DNA of 60,844 nt, counting the filler, from Diploschistes diacapsis (Eukaryota), in NCBI GenBank assembly GCA_023645945.1. It is 6 parts of 6 records of this genome, joined end to end, with 100 filler letters (N's around TTAATTAATTAA, not from the genome) between each part and the next. Parts side by side here need not be neighbours in the genome. Positions count along the whole stretch, not along the records: positions 1 to 28,860 come from JALAIB010000141.1; 5 more parts are not named here. One strand, written 5' to 3'. The translations under genes and the position numbers were made by a program. Shown here piece by piece: positions 1-13,082 of this stretch. Within the stretch, counting starts at the first letter, position 1. Every line of letters starts with the position of its first letter. The notes under the pieces are model-generated. The model saw only the letters and a program-made list of their open reading frames with translations, was not told the DNA's origin and ran no database searches.

Positions 1-542
1 TTTTTTTTTTTTTTTTTTGTTTTTTGTGTTTATCGGCATCTCACCGTTACTTCGCGCACGCTTTGACCATTAAAGAACTCGGGAAAATCTGCACGGCGTT
101 CTTGGTCTGGGGGCGTTGCGGGTTGGCTTTGTAAATGGTTACCTATTGTGTTTTTAGGAGGGGGGAGAGAATGGATAATTGCTCGCAGTGGCCATATTCG
201 ATTGGGATACGCGCCCATGTCCTTAGAACAGGATGTAGGAGGAACAGTTGTGGACTTGAAGAATATGGTTGGCCATGGCGTGCGCGCTATCCTTGTTGAT
301 AGATCTACGTCGAGTTTGGTTGGAATGAACGCTCAATTGCTGTGCCTCGCTTTCGGAATAGGCACATGGGAGAGCTAATCGGATACAGCAGAGGCTTCAA
401 CAATGTGTTATGACTGCAACGTAGCTTGGGTGTTCATGATCTGCTTTTGAGGCTGGCTATTCTACATTATGCCGGCAGTCTAGTTCAAGGACCTAGAACT
501 CTAGAGCCATCGCGCATCTGGATGTTTTCACCCCGCTCGTTA

Positions 543-3500
543 TCAGATCAAATCGTCTTCAGCTTCTGGAAACTCGACAACATCCTCCTCTGCCTCTTCT
601 TGCGCATCGTAAAACTCCTCGTAGCACAGCTCTTCCTCCGCTTCTTCGGTTTGATCCTCTCCACACCATTCTCTAGTAGCTTTGGGATCGTGCTCAAATA
701 CCGTCTCCTCGCAGCGGTCATGCTTTTGAAAGAAAGGGTGATTCTCGGCAAGTGGCTTGCCCTGACAGAGGTACCCCATCGGAGTATGTAGGAAATCTTG
801 CCCTTTCCGACGAATGGCAAGCCAGTCGTGAAGGAAGTTCAGTGGGTTCTTGGGGAAGCTCGTCTTTTGAGCAACTGCCCCACCTAGCTTGCCATCGGAA
901 CCGTTGATCGAGTGGGAGCCCTCCTGGTCCTTCTCGGTCTGGCCATGCTCGATCGTGCCCGATGTTTGATCGCCTGGCGTCTCCAAGCCAAGGTATTCCT
1001 GTAGCTCCTGGTATTCATCGTACTCGAAAAAGAGTCTACCTGCGAACAAACCAAGCTCGAGCATTAGCCACTTTGGAGCGTTCCAATCCTTGGGAAGACT
1101 TGGAACAGCATAGTAGTCCAGTCGATTGAAGGTTAACATCTTCCTAGTCACTGGAGCCGCATATGTAAGCAGGTGAGCAAGATGTACATCGGCACGGGCC
1201 ACTATCGGCATTATAAGCTCGGCTTCCTCAGGAGTAACGACCAAAGCTGCCTGATAGCTTGAGCTCCAGACGATCCATTGCACGGGACGCTGTGATCAAG
1301 GTTAGCTCATGTTACTAAGTCCTAGATTCGACATACAATAAAATTGTCGTTCGGTTGACCTGTGGGGGTGCTTACGGTCCTCGAGAATTCGGTCGAGATG
1401 TACAATTTGCACGCAGCGCCAGCACTCAAGTCATATTTACGACCCAGGGCTGTGAAAGCCAAGGCCTTCATCATAGGCTCGAAACCCGTAGAACCAACTA
1501 CAAGCCTACCAGTCCGTGAAAAAACCGCCACATCTCGATGGAGCCCCCCAAAGGAAAGTGCGCTGAAATGCACGGGCTTTTGAGCCTCGCGAACAGCTTC
1601 GACCTCGTACGCAGTCTCCCGTTCTTGCTCGACCTCTTGCAGAGCGGATCCGTGTACAGCGTCACCCGTGTCTCGAAATTGCCTCTTGCGAGTAGCTAGA
1701 TCTTTCATGTATGCGATAAGTTGTTGATTTGAGAACTCAGATAGTCTTGAAACCCTGTTGCGCACTCGTGGCGAATAGAGCTGCTCTAGAGTTTGTCTTT
1801 CTAACTGTTTTAATGTCCGGAGACATTCATCCCTTTGTGATTGCATAGTAATAAACTCGGGATTGCTGACCAATGTTTGCATACGTCTGCAGAAATCAGC
1901 TCCCTGAGAGTAGTATAGGGGCTGCAACTGTTCAATGCCCATGCACGTTTGTTCCAGAAGCCATGAAATGACGTCGTGGGAATCTACCCTTCCCATCAAA
2001 GGTTTTTTGCGGAAATCTAAGATGCTTTGATGAACTTCAGGAGGCGCAATGAAAGTTATAGACTGTGTGGTAGCTAATTGGCGAAGTCTCATGGCTGCCT
2101 GAACTGTATGATCTTTAGTTTGACCCAAGCCTAGAGTTAGAGCTCCGCGTGCATCGGCAGGGAGTTTCAAATCTGTGCCTCTTGTATGCGCTTCGTCAAG
2201 ATATACAACGCAATCGAGTGGGTTTTCCGCGAAGGGTGTCGCTAGTAGAGGTACCTTTACCCCTTGGCGATAAAGAACGTAGGGCTTATTACCATCATCG
2301 AAATAGATTGCGGCAGCAGCTTTGGTATCGATAGTCAACCAACGTCTAGCCAAGGTAATGTTGTCCATCTCGAGAATCTGGGCGCCCGCGTCTATCAAAA
2401 CTCGTATGCCTTTATGCTTTAATTTTGAAAGTAGTTCATCCTCGGATAGTCGGAGCCCTGTGTTGCGTTTAGCTGCGAGTTCATACCTCCTGTTACGATC
2501 CTGAAGCAGATAGGTCAGTACTTCTGCATTCGTATGTAAGAGAGTAGGTAGGTCTTGTTGTTTGACGATTAGTGGTAGCATTGACCTGTTGTCATTTGTC
2601 CCACTAAATCCCGTAGTAAGGCATTTAGTGGGCTGAGCCCTTTTGTGGACGTGGTCTGTACTGTCGGGTGCGTTCAAAGAAGTAAAGCAAGGAATGTCCC
2701 ATCCGGAAGCGCAGAGCTTTACTTGGAATTGCTTCGCATGGCGGGGGAAAACGAAAGAATTCAAAAAATGATTGATGACCGTTGCCGAATAGCGGAAATG
2801 ACTCCAAAGCTCCTTCAATTGTACCTCATCCTCCACATTCACAGCCCTCCACTCTTTCAAGGAATTGGGGACACTACCGCACCTTTGAGCCCACCGGTCG
2901 TACTCAATCGAAGGATCATCGGACTTCAAGACGAACTCGAGGCTTTGGCGAAGCTGCTTCATGCTCAGCCCACCGTAGTAGAATGACAAACATGAGAAGA
3001 GAATAGCGACATCTGATACCCAGTTAAGCAATGATCAAACGTATCATATGAGCAGTGTAAGTTACCTGGATGACCCCATTCGGCATTCTCTGAAGGTACA
3101 CCCTTTGCGTGATCTATTGAACGATTGTTTATATCGAGCGATACTAAAACGAGTCCAGAATTTACTTACATGGTACGGCGATTGGGTCGCGCTTCGGATG
3201 AAGTCCATACTGCACATTCCACCGCTTTTTAATTGCTAGCAACAAGATTCGATGCACCAACAGCCCTCGCAACAAGTAAATCTTTTGACGAACGGCGATT
3301 TTGCCGGGGAAGCTTTTCCGAACCATTTCGACATTCTTTTCTGACACCTGTGCTTGTGAAACGAATTGCTTTATTGCAGTACGCAAAGCATCTGAGCATT
3401 CTCTCAGTGGTAATATGCCGGTGTGTCCTTTACAAATGTCCTCAGTTACTCGCGCTATGAGAGTATCCTCGGCGTCTTTGCGAAGAAAGAATATCATTGG

Positions 3501-6500
3501 AAAGCCTCCAGGTCGATCAATGATCTCCAGACTGCAAGGGAATGTATTTTGAAGGTCCCAAATGTGGGCCCCTACAAGATGCAAGATTAGTTCCGCAGTC
3601 TCCCATCGGTGCGGATGTCCGTCAACGACTGATCGAGTTCCTGAAGGATATATCAGCTGAGTACGGACAGCAAGTGCTATGTCACACTCGTCAAGAATGT
3701 CTCTTGCCACTTCATTAATCCACGCTTGAACTTTAACCATTGGTTTCGCTTCCGCTAAACGATTATCCAAGGTTCGCTGAAGGCCACCTAACTTAAAGGA
3801 TAAGATTTGCTCCGGGACAGTCAATACGACGCCACGAGCCTTCCAGACGCTTCTATGGATATCGTAATAATTTTTGATGTGCTCCGTATCGGTAGGGGTT
3901 TTCCTTGAGAATGGAATGTGCCTTGTCTCACGTCCGAGCAAACCTCCAAGTCGATCGTGGAGAAGCTGTGCAGTCTGCAATAGTAGAGACTTAGGTACAA
4001 CCACCCTCGCAAGACTTTGACCGTCTGCTAATATTACTGATACCATAGGAATGATACAGGAAGTCTTGCCTTGTCCCATGTTCATTTGCAGTACAGCGTT
4101 TGCTTGGGACACAGGTGTTATTGTTGCTAGGGCTACCTCTACCTGTGTTTTCCGAATCATAAGATCAGCCTCAATCTCTAAAAGAAGCCAATCCGGATAA
4201 TCTGAAGGGCGCCAATTCTCATGGCCTGGATTTTCCTGCTCTTCTAAGACCCTACGGGTATCGTCCCTTAATAAAGCATCTTCAATGCGACGGCCACGTT
4301 GATAAGTGGTAACAGATAAAGCATACTCGATAAGAGCTTCTTTCATATTTGTGCCAAAGGCGATCTGGGAGCTAGAACGAAGCTGTGGCAAGAGCGAAGT
4401 AGGAGTGACACAAGGCCAGAGGTCACCCAGTGTCAACCACGGCGCAAAGTGATCGGCTTCCTGTATAGCTGTGACAATTCGCAAGAAATTATGTTGGACC
4501 TGTCCCAGAGCTTTAGTGGACATGCGTCCTACACCTACCAAGTCGAAGCTGACTGACTTCTCTGTTACTCTGTTTTGTGTTGTCATAAGGGCATCAAGAC
4601 TTCGCCTTAGATCAAGCCCGTATTGCTTTCTGACATTGGAGTCTGAAGAGATGAAACGTTCCACTATGCTTTTGAGTTCCGTAGCGCTTTGTGGTATTGG
4701 AATCTTGGTGTTTTGACTCCGATATGATCCTTGACTTTGCTTCGAAATGCTGCTCGCACCTTCTAATGTACTTTGGTCAAGACAGCCCGCGAGTGCAGAT
4801 CCTCGTGTCAAATCCGGCCCGCATCTCTGCATAAGCTCTGCTAGGTTATGATTGCACGTTAACGGCTTGGTTATGGAAGCGTACAGCTCCTGACTCTCGA
4901 CCACTATTCTAGGTCTTCCTAATTGTCCGTCGAGGAAATGAAGGTCTAAGATATGTTGGACTTGCTCTATGTGCTTCGAGAGCTCCATGTTTTGGAAGCA
5001 AGATTGCCATTCTGGAATTATGGCTTCAATTGCCTGTTCAATGTCCAACTTAACTTCATGAGAAAACCCTTGTATAGTTGGCCGTACGCAAGGCCACTGC
5101 CGTAAAAGATACTGGGATAAGTCCCTGCAATCTTCTTCAACTTGCTTCATATGGGTTCGCTCGGTCAGCTCCAGCTTTCTGCGCATCTTTCCGCTCACAG
5201 GAAACAAGCTGCGCTCATCGCCGGGATATGGCGTACGGGCAGGCTTCATGACCCTTACCAGATCCTCTTCACTGAGCACTCGGTAAAGCTTGAAATCGAG
5301 ATACGAAGGCCACATTGGTGTGTCCAGGAGCGATAGATCGTGAAAAACGGCATAAGCAATTAAAACGCGTATAGCTTCCATGTTGGCATCATACCGAAAC
5401 ACGATAACGGCGAACAGAAACATTAGCGCATGCCTGTCATCAAAGCTTGATCCTCTGCAATGCTGCGCTATAGAACCCCATGATACGGCGATGTCCAAGC
5501 TCAACAGGTCACTGAGAACCACAACATCAAGTTCTTGGGCGTATCCGCCTATTGTGGGCCATTTTTGCAATATACCAGCCAGGTCTCTTGTGGTGCCAAT
5601 GGTTTCAGGCCAATCGCGAAGAGTAGATACTACTTCTAATACATTGTCGTTCCGCACGCTTGCTCCATATCTATCTCGTGCTTCATAATCTTTAGTTACG
5701 GGATCATGTTTCTCAAGACCTGCATATGGTCGTTGATATCGTCTGAACCTCTGTATGTTTCGCATGAGTAGCTTCCTGTCTCCCCCATACTCAAGTCCAG
5801 GAAGGCTGGTTTCTTCAAGTCCAAACGTGGCTAATTGCTCCGACTTTTCGCGGATAGTCTCGACGATCCGTCTAAACTCCTCATGCTGAATTGTGATTGT
5901 TAAGTCAGGATTCCATTGCGTCGTTTTCATCTCTCGAAGTCCCTTCAGGTAATACTCGAGCTTTGGAGAAAGCTTGGCGATGTGGTTCAGGATGTTGCAC
6001 GGAACTGTGGTAAGAGGCGTCCACGGCTGCGAATTCCCCATGTTCAGTATTTCTATTGCTTCCTCGGTGCCTGTTCGAGATGTCAAAGTGTCGGCGACAA
6101 CAAATGAAGTAGACGCATGCAATAAGGCTTTGAAGTAAATCAAACATGGCTCGGGAGGACTTTCGATCCGTCCAAGGATGTCATTCACAATGTAACGACA
6201 GTAGGTTCTTCCGTTGTTCACTATATGCACTATGACATGCGGTCCATTCCGTTTGTACGTCAAGTCGCCGAAGGGCATAACCACACTCCGTTGACGTGAA
6301 TTGGAGAGACTCCTGAGAACCAGCTTGCTATATAAGCCATAAAAACAACCGCAATCCTGGTTGTAGTCTATTTCCGCTTGCAGTTGCTTAGATTCCAACA
6401 AGCCTTTGTAATTAACCATGAAGAAGAGCTCCATCCGCCGAAGTTCAACTGATAATCTGTGCCGGCCTGGCTGGTAGACTGTTAAAAAATGTGAATGCTC

Positions 6501-9500
6501 CCATTGATCGAATATACGAGCGACTCGTTTGAAAAGCATCGAATGTGGATCGACAAGGCATGAATTTCGTCGATGAACGCGACGAGACTTGAGATTAAGT
6601 ATCCAATTACTCGGAATAGTTGTCCAAATGTTCGGTTTCCTCCTGATCTCGATTTCTCCAGTACGAACGTTCATCCAATGCAAGCAGTCTGAAACGAGAG
6701 GATGTGGGAGGTCGAAATCGAGATTGTTGAGTCGGTTCCCGAAGATGTTTCTCGGGATGAGCTCGAGAATGTTATTGGCGATGTAAGCCCGAATTATCAG
6801 TTTGTCGTCCCGAAAGCCAATTTGAATCTGATGTCCTTGATAAGTGACTGGCAATACCCAAGTCATAAAAGGATCTGCTGAGGGATAAATGAGCAGGTTT
6901 TGTTCTCCAAAAAGCTCACGCAGCACGTGGGATTCTCTATGCTCTGCCGGTAGCTTTCCTAGGGAATGACCGTTCAAAAGCAGGTGGCCTTCGAGTAAAT
7001 GGAAATGAACCAATTGAGGCATTGTCGAGAGATCCGGCGTCAATATCGTCCGAATCCACCAATCCTCCGTGTATGTGAATTGGGAGAAGGGCCTGGGTGA
7101 GGTATCCTTGAAGCTTTCCCAAAGGAAGTCGACCGCGAAGTAAAGACTATCAGGGCTGGCATCGAGCGAGTCGCGAAGGAGAAAACGCATCGGCCTGACC
7201 ATCTTTAGATCCGTAACGAGTGCATTCCGAAGCCGGAGGGGAAGATTAGTGGGATCGCTGTCCATGTGGTCTTGCATCGCTACTGAGCTCCGGATGAAGC
7301 ATCGAAGCGCGTCTGGGTCGAGTAATCCGGGTTTTTTTGCGTAAACCCAGAGGCACCTCCTCCCTAGAATGGCTGCCCAGAGTGCATTCCTCGAGCATCT
7401 GTGCGAAACGGTATTGTCTGTCGCCTTGCGGAGATCGACGCGCAACAACGCAAGCCACTTCAATATGATTGCTCGAGCCTTTTCCAGAATTGCAGCAGCC
7501 TTTTGCTGAAGCAATGACGACGTTGCAAGAGAATGTAGCCTTAATGTTAGATTGATAATCATTTCCATACAATTCGTTTCCCTGTAGTTCAACTTTATGC
7601 TCTCCAGTCGCTCTGAAATTCGATCGGCCAACGACGAACAAAAATACTCATCCCTGAAAATGCAGTGTATCTTCCGAAGAGGATCGCCGTCCAAGCCTGG
7701 CCCGGCCTGACTTATCAATCGAGATACCAGCGTAGACGGAGAATCCGAGCTGAAATTCAGCGAGGAAGAGCCTAACTCGACCAGAATCAGAGGCCAGCGG
7801 CAAGACCTTCCTGTATAAAGAGATTGATATGCCAAGAATTCATGAACGGTGAGACCACTCGGACACCTTGTCTGACTGGCACAAATCTCAGCAGAAGATG
7901 GACCGCTCGACCCAATAGTAAATTGGGGAGACAAATTCACGAAAGAGAACGGCGAACTCGTTTCTACCTTTATCTGACAATGATGTGCAAAAGTTGGTCT
8001 TTCTTTCTCTCTAGAGGGCCAAGATTCTGTTGCCGAATCATAATAGCCCCATTTCAAGCCGTTTGGAAGGCACACTTGCTCTATGTCAACAGGAAACGGT
8101 ACTTCCGAATGGTGAGTTTGGAGAAAGGACTTTACGTTTGAGGCCAGTGACACACGACGGTGCACAGGCCTTCTGTATGCCGTAAGCTCAGAGTAGTCTT
8201 GAAGCAGCATTTTCGGCCTGTGGCCCTCAATATGTCCTTGACGAGCGCAGGTAGCGAGGATTCTTCGAGTCACATCGCGGTATACCACGAATGCTTCAGG
8301 ACACCGCAACTCGAATATAACCGCCCGAAGCCTCGTCTCGTCAGCTGGGAGGGGACGCTCGTGGACTCTGATTCTCATGCGAGAGGCTTTACGCTGCAGG
8401 TAGCATTTCGTACATGCCCGATCATCGTGTACGCGCACTAATGGTTGACGCTCGTCGGTTGTATATGCGCAAGCACTTCCATCAACCTTCTTGATCAACT
8501 CTTCGTAGTCTCGACTCAGGTTTTGGAGCTCCACCTCTTTACGGGAGCGAGCCGTCTCTGCTTCGGCCTCTATCTGAGCTTTGAGAAGTTGGAGCTCTGG
8601 TGCAGCCTCAGATTCCAAAAAGTACCGCTCAGCGAAACAACCTACCACCGGATCAGCGAAAATTGACAAATGCAGCTTATTGCTGCATGTGCGGCGATAA
8701 TGTAGATGTGCCTCGATTTTTTTCAAACGATCCATATCCTTCCGTAAAGGCACATGCAAGATGTCGAACAATCCTTCTGGAAACCCAGGATGATAATCTT
8801 CCAGAAGTGGGAAAGCCTTCAAGGCATGCTGATCCATAGATGTCCAAAGATCCATTGCAGTCAAAATCATGACACTGCTCTGCTCAGGGTTCGCCATGTA
8901 GGATTCACCAATAGTGTCCAGATAGACATTGATCTTGTCCGCTATCCTTGTACACTCGCGCTCATCGCTCGTTTTCGGTACGGTAGATCTCCTATGAAAT
9001 TCAACGTTCAGCTCTTCTTCCAAATCCGATAGGTGGAAGTAGCGCATGGAGAATGATTTGAACTGCTTCGTCGCGGCTGTTGAGGTTTCGAAGGCAAGGA
9101 TAGCTTGCCAATGATTGGGCTTCACCTTGGAGCGATCATGCGGTGGACGGAGCAATACTTGGTTCAAGTATCCGAAACTATTTGTCAGGGTGAGCCGGAG
9201 TTCTGTGTCTTTCGCCCGTTGAGGTAAGGGAGTAATCCTCCTTAGCGAATTGCTCTTGAATTCCGTCCAAAGAGCATAAATATGAGCATTGGCCTTCTGG
9301 AGGGTGGAGTGAAACCTTGCATTCAAGTTCTCGAAAAACGTCTTGTAAATTTGATTGACATGGCCTTCCGACGATGACATTTCCGCCTCCAACTTGGCGA
9401 TTCTGCGACAGACCTTGGCTTTGAGAAAGTGGATGAGCTCGGGGCTGAGGCTATCAATTGTGTCTTCCAAAGTCCGCGTCATCAGTAGAGCAAGCAAAAC

Positions 9501-10379
9501 TTTGTAGTGAACTCTTCCGGTAGCACCTCCTAAAAGAGTGCTCAAACGTCTCTGAATACCCACGCGCAATACAAGCCACATGGGGGAGCGTCTCCAAGGT
9601 CGCTCAGCCCCATCTTTCCAGCTAGCATCATCCCTTACTCGCTTCCTCAAGAGGGGTGGAAAGGTGCGGTTCCCATTAGCTTCAAGAATGGCCACGAGCA
9701 TCTGCGTAATGATGTCCGGAGTTGCGGTGTTACGGCTCTCAAATGCGCCAGAGCCGGCCTTGCGCGTCTGCGCAGCGGACTGTTTAATAGATTCTGTGCT
9801 TGCCCGTTCAAGGAACCTGGAAAGATTCTTCTGAAAAGGGGCGTCCGCGAACTGTGCCCAAGGAACTGCTGCCGCAGAACCGGGGAAATCCCAGCGCAAG
9901 GCATTTTCGGACGCTAGGACATCGGACGAAATGGGTGAAGCCTCGAAAGTTTCGAAGACGACGTGGTCTCCAACATTGCTGCACACATGTCAATATAGCC
10001 CAAGAAGCTATCTGCTGCTGTTGGAAGTTCAACCGTACCTTTCTTGCCGATAGACGAGCAAACCAGCGTTTTGTTCAGCAACTTGTAATATCAGAATATC
10101 CTTGTTTGCAAGTTCACCAAATTCCCGAACCAAGGATCTTGATTCTAGCCTCCTGTTGACATTCAGGGCCCTACATGTTTGCAAGGAGCGGCGGAGATGA
10201 TCCCAGTGAAGGCCCAGTTGGCAAACAGTAAGCTCCTTGGCAGTATTCAAGAGGCGTTCTATGAGATTGTCTTCGATTTGAGGAAGCTGGCTATCCAAGA
10301 CGCCCGGCAACTTTCTTGGTAGTGCAACATGGTTGAATACCGCTTCCAAAAATGCGGACTCTGGCCTTGAATAGCTCAT
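543..10379 (-). CDS. Giant (~3206 aa) DUF6606/DUF3638/DUF3645-type P-loop ATPase-like protein; exons 10379-10039, 9978-3170, 3113-3066, 3012-1337, 1289-543
   Basis: Four listed ORFs plus a 48-nt exon join in frame through GT-AG introns (9621 nt). Family motifs: FNHVALPRKLP, RKRVRDD..PWRRSPMWLVLRV, QMNMGQGKT, DILDECD, RWNVQYGL..AVPYHAKGVPSENAEWGHPDV (rebuilt across two introns), GFSGTND, YLDEAHTRGTDLKLP, VQAAMRLRQL. Confidence 0.9.
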
Positions 10380-11702
10380 GTTTCTGTAGGAAGACACGAA
10401 TATAGAGAATGACAGGGTTCCGGCGAATTTAAAGTCAATGAATCCTACCTCTCAGACTTGCTGCAGAAATCATTTATCCAGTCGCAAGCTTGAACCTGAA
10501 TTGCATGGTATAAAAACCATGATAAGCACAAGATAAAAATCTCGTTCCCATGATGTTTGTATGAGCTTAGACTCTAGTGAGGATGTAAACACAGGCAATG
10601 GTAATCCGATGAAATAGCAGGTCGTGGTGAACATAAGTTACCAGCAATTGATGCATCTTGCCGAAGTCCATAGTGCAACGAAAGATGTTTCGGGCACTTA
10701 CATATTGTCGGTGAAGAGACATAGTTAACGTGCTAGAATTGAGGACAGCTTTTGTTTCTATAGTTCAAAAGGACTCAAAGAGTTGGTATGTTGCCTAGCT
10801 ACAGCATTCAAGGTACGTGGGAGAACAACTTTGATAGATCTGTAAATAAAATCCGTTTCTACCAAGGCCAAGCTTTTCAGATTTTCCGCCTAATCACGTG
10901 TTGTTGCGATCTGCGTAGTAGAAACCAGCTACCGGCCCGTCATGCCGCCGGTGTGGTGGTGGTCAATAATGTCTTGGTACCCTCCGCAATAGCTAAAACA
11001 GCCAACCTGTGTACTGAGAGTAATTGGATGGACAATACAAGTGAAGACTTAGTCTGAGGACCCTTCGCCAAGGATCGCCTGCTTCTGCTAAGATACTAAG
11101 TTGCTCCTGTTGATCCATCATGCTTTCCTAACTACCTCCGCTTTGCTCCAGTCTGACTTGATCTTCGTTATTCCTAGCTCAAGCGGCAGCAACGGCTCCT
11201 CTACCTTCCCTACTGGAGAGCGACAGACATCCTTCAATATTGTATGACTAGTCAGAGGTCTAGATACCAGCGCCCTTTGCCATTCGACTTCCCTAGGAGA
11301 TCCACTACTGTAATACAAAATCTCCACGAGATTGCGAGCCTATCTATTACCTAGTACATGTACCATAGTACTACTAGGTAGTGATCTGTGATTGCTTCGT
11401 CCTTTCTCCACCTTTGGTTGTTCCGGTACGCTCTTAACACCCACCACTTCAACCCCCTTGCTGCAACCACACTGTGATGTCGGAACTTATGAACATGACA
11501 AAGTATCATCGGACGGCCTAAAGAATTGGCTGCTGATTCCTTTTTCTTGATGCACTGAGCTCCTGTGAGCTTCTCTATCCCTTCTCTCCTGCATTTGAGA
11601 AGTTTTTAGAGTAAAGTACTAATGAGACTCCAGATTCCTTGCTGCTACCTGCTTCCCATTGATATAGCTACCTCGCAAGCATCAAGTTCCCCACTATCAG
11701 GA

Positions 11703-13082
11703 ATGGTTACTTGGACCTCTGTAGCTGCCTCGTGGGGCACCTTCGGAGGCATTGTCATTCTGGGGTGGTGGTATTATACCCGTGATGGAAAGAGACGACA
11801 GGGGAGCAGTGTCTTCAACCGCACGACAGACCGGTCGGTCCCAGAGTATACAGATCGTAGGCAATCCAGCAACAGACCAAAACAACACAAAAAGGACAAA
11901 GAGCGTGATCCAAAACCTTCGGGATTAGACTCAAGCGATGTAGCTCAAGATGAAACCATTGAAGTAGGAACAAGCAAGACTAGTGATAAGCATTTGCAGC
12001 AAAGGAAAAAAGGGGCAAAGCAGAGATATATACCGTTGGGTGAAAGTTCGGCTGTTAGCACCAGTCCTACGAAAGTTGCGTCAAACACTCAAGACAATGA
12101 AGAGGAAAGCGACGCTAGAGAGTTTGCACGCCGGATGGCAAAAGCTAAGGCCGGCACGATACTTAGCGGTCCACAAAAGACAAACCAAAGGGTCAAGACG
12201 CAGAAGCAGAGCAAAGTCAACGGCGTGCTTGGCGAATTTGGCTCCGCAGCATCCACCGAATCAGGCACTTCTTCAAACGTAGGGGCAGATGCAGATAATA
12301 ATTCGTCCCCTCTTGTATCTCCTTCTCTGCAAGCAACTACTGGCTCGGTGGATGCCTGTGGGGTTTCGGACATGCTTGAGACACCAGAGCCAGGGCCCTC
12401 CTCTCTTCGTATCACCGAGCCAACACAGCCTCAGCGGGCTTTGCAACCAAAGCAAGCAAAGAAGGTGGAACCCGTCGAGACAAAGAAGCAGCGTCAAGCA
12501 AGAGCCCGGCGCGAACGAGAGAAAGAAGCTCAGCGTGAGACCGAGGCCCAACGAAAGGTTCTAGAAGAAAAGCAACGGCGCACAGCAAGAGAGGCCGAAG
12601 GACGACCAGCCAAAAATGGAAACGGCTGGACCTATTCCAGCGGTCTCCCCGCCAATGCCTGGAGTCAAAGTAACGCTGCTGCACCCACTCCCAAGCCTAC
12701 TGTTGATGCGCCCTTGCTTGATACTGGTGAGACTAGCGGCAATGCAGAAGGTGCAAATGAAAACGCAGATTTGGCTACAGGTGTCGAGAAGAACATGAAC
12801 ATTATTCAGCCTAACTTAAACACTCCAGCTACCAATGGCTCTGGCCTCGGAAGTGCTAAGAGCATCTCGAAAGCAAGCAGCAGCAGCACATCCTCCAACC
12901 ACTGGGGAAACAATCTACCTTCGGAAGAGGAGCAGATGCGTATATTCGACGAGCAGTCCAAGGACGCTGACTGGACCACCGTTCCTACCAATAAGCGAGC
13001 TAAGCGCCATGAAGCCCCCGAGGAAAAGGAGAAAGCGCCTAATGCTCAGAAGGAGGCTCCGGACTTTGATGTCACGATCTAA
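11703..13082 (+). CDS. Hypothetical protein (~459 aa) with an N-terminal membrane anchor and a charged coiled-coil segment
   Basis: Long ORF with hydrophobic WGTFGGIVILGWWYY followed by basic residues, and a charged ETKKQRQAR..LEEKQRRTAREAEGR region. The ORF-track ATG at 11622 lies in a probable 5'UTR intron (GTGAGC 11565, ACTAAT, CAG 11633), so 11703 is the preferred start. Confidence 0.8.
   Translation: MVTWTSVAASWGTFGGIVILGWWYYTRDGKRRQGSSVFNRTTDRSVPEYTDRRQSSNRPKQHKKDKERDPKPSGLDSSDVAQDETIEVGTSKTSDKHLQQRKKGAKQRYIPLGESSAVSTSPTKVASNTQDNEEESDAREFARRMAKAKAGTILSGPQKTNQRVKTQKQSKVNGVLGEFGSAASTESGTSSNVGADADNNSSPLVSPSLQATTGSVDACGVSDMLETPEPGPSSLRITEPTQPQRALQPKQAKKVEPVETKKQRQARARREREKEAQRETEAQRKVLEEKQRRTAREAEGRPAKNGNGWTYSSGLPANAWSQSNAAAPTPKPTVDAPLLDTGETSGNAEGANENADLATGVEKNMNIIQPNLNTPATNGSGLGSAKSISKASSSSTSSNHWGNNLPSEEEQMRIFDEQSKDADWTTVPTNKRAKRHEAPEEKEKAPNAQKEAPDFDVTI

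Noticed and set aside
1..30. Poly-T run at the window start
   Set aside because: Simple homopolymer at the edge; no adjacent retroelement evidence.
11622..11702. Upstream ATG extension of the 486-aa ORF
   Set aside because: The ATG overlaps a likely branch site within a 5'UTR intron.
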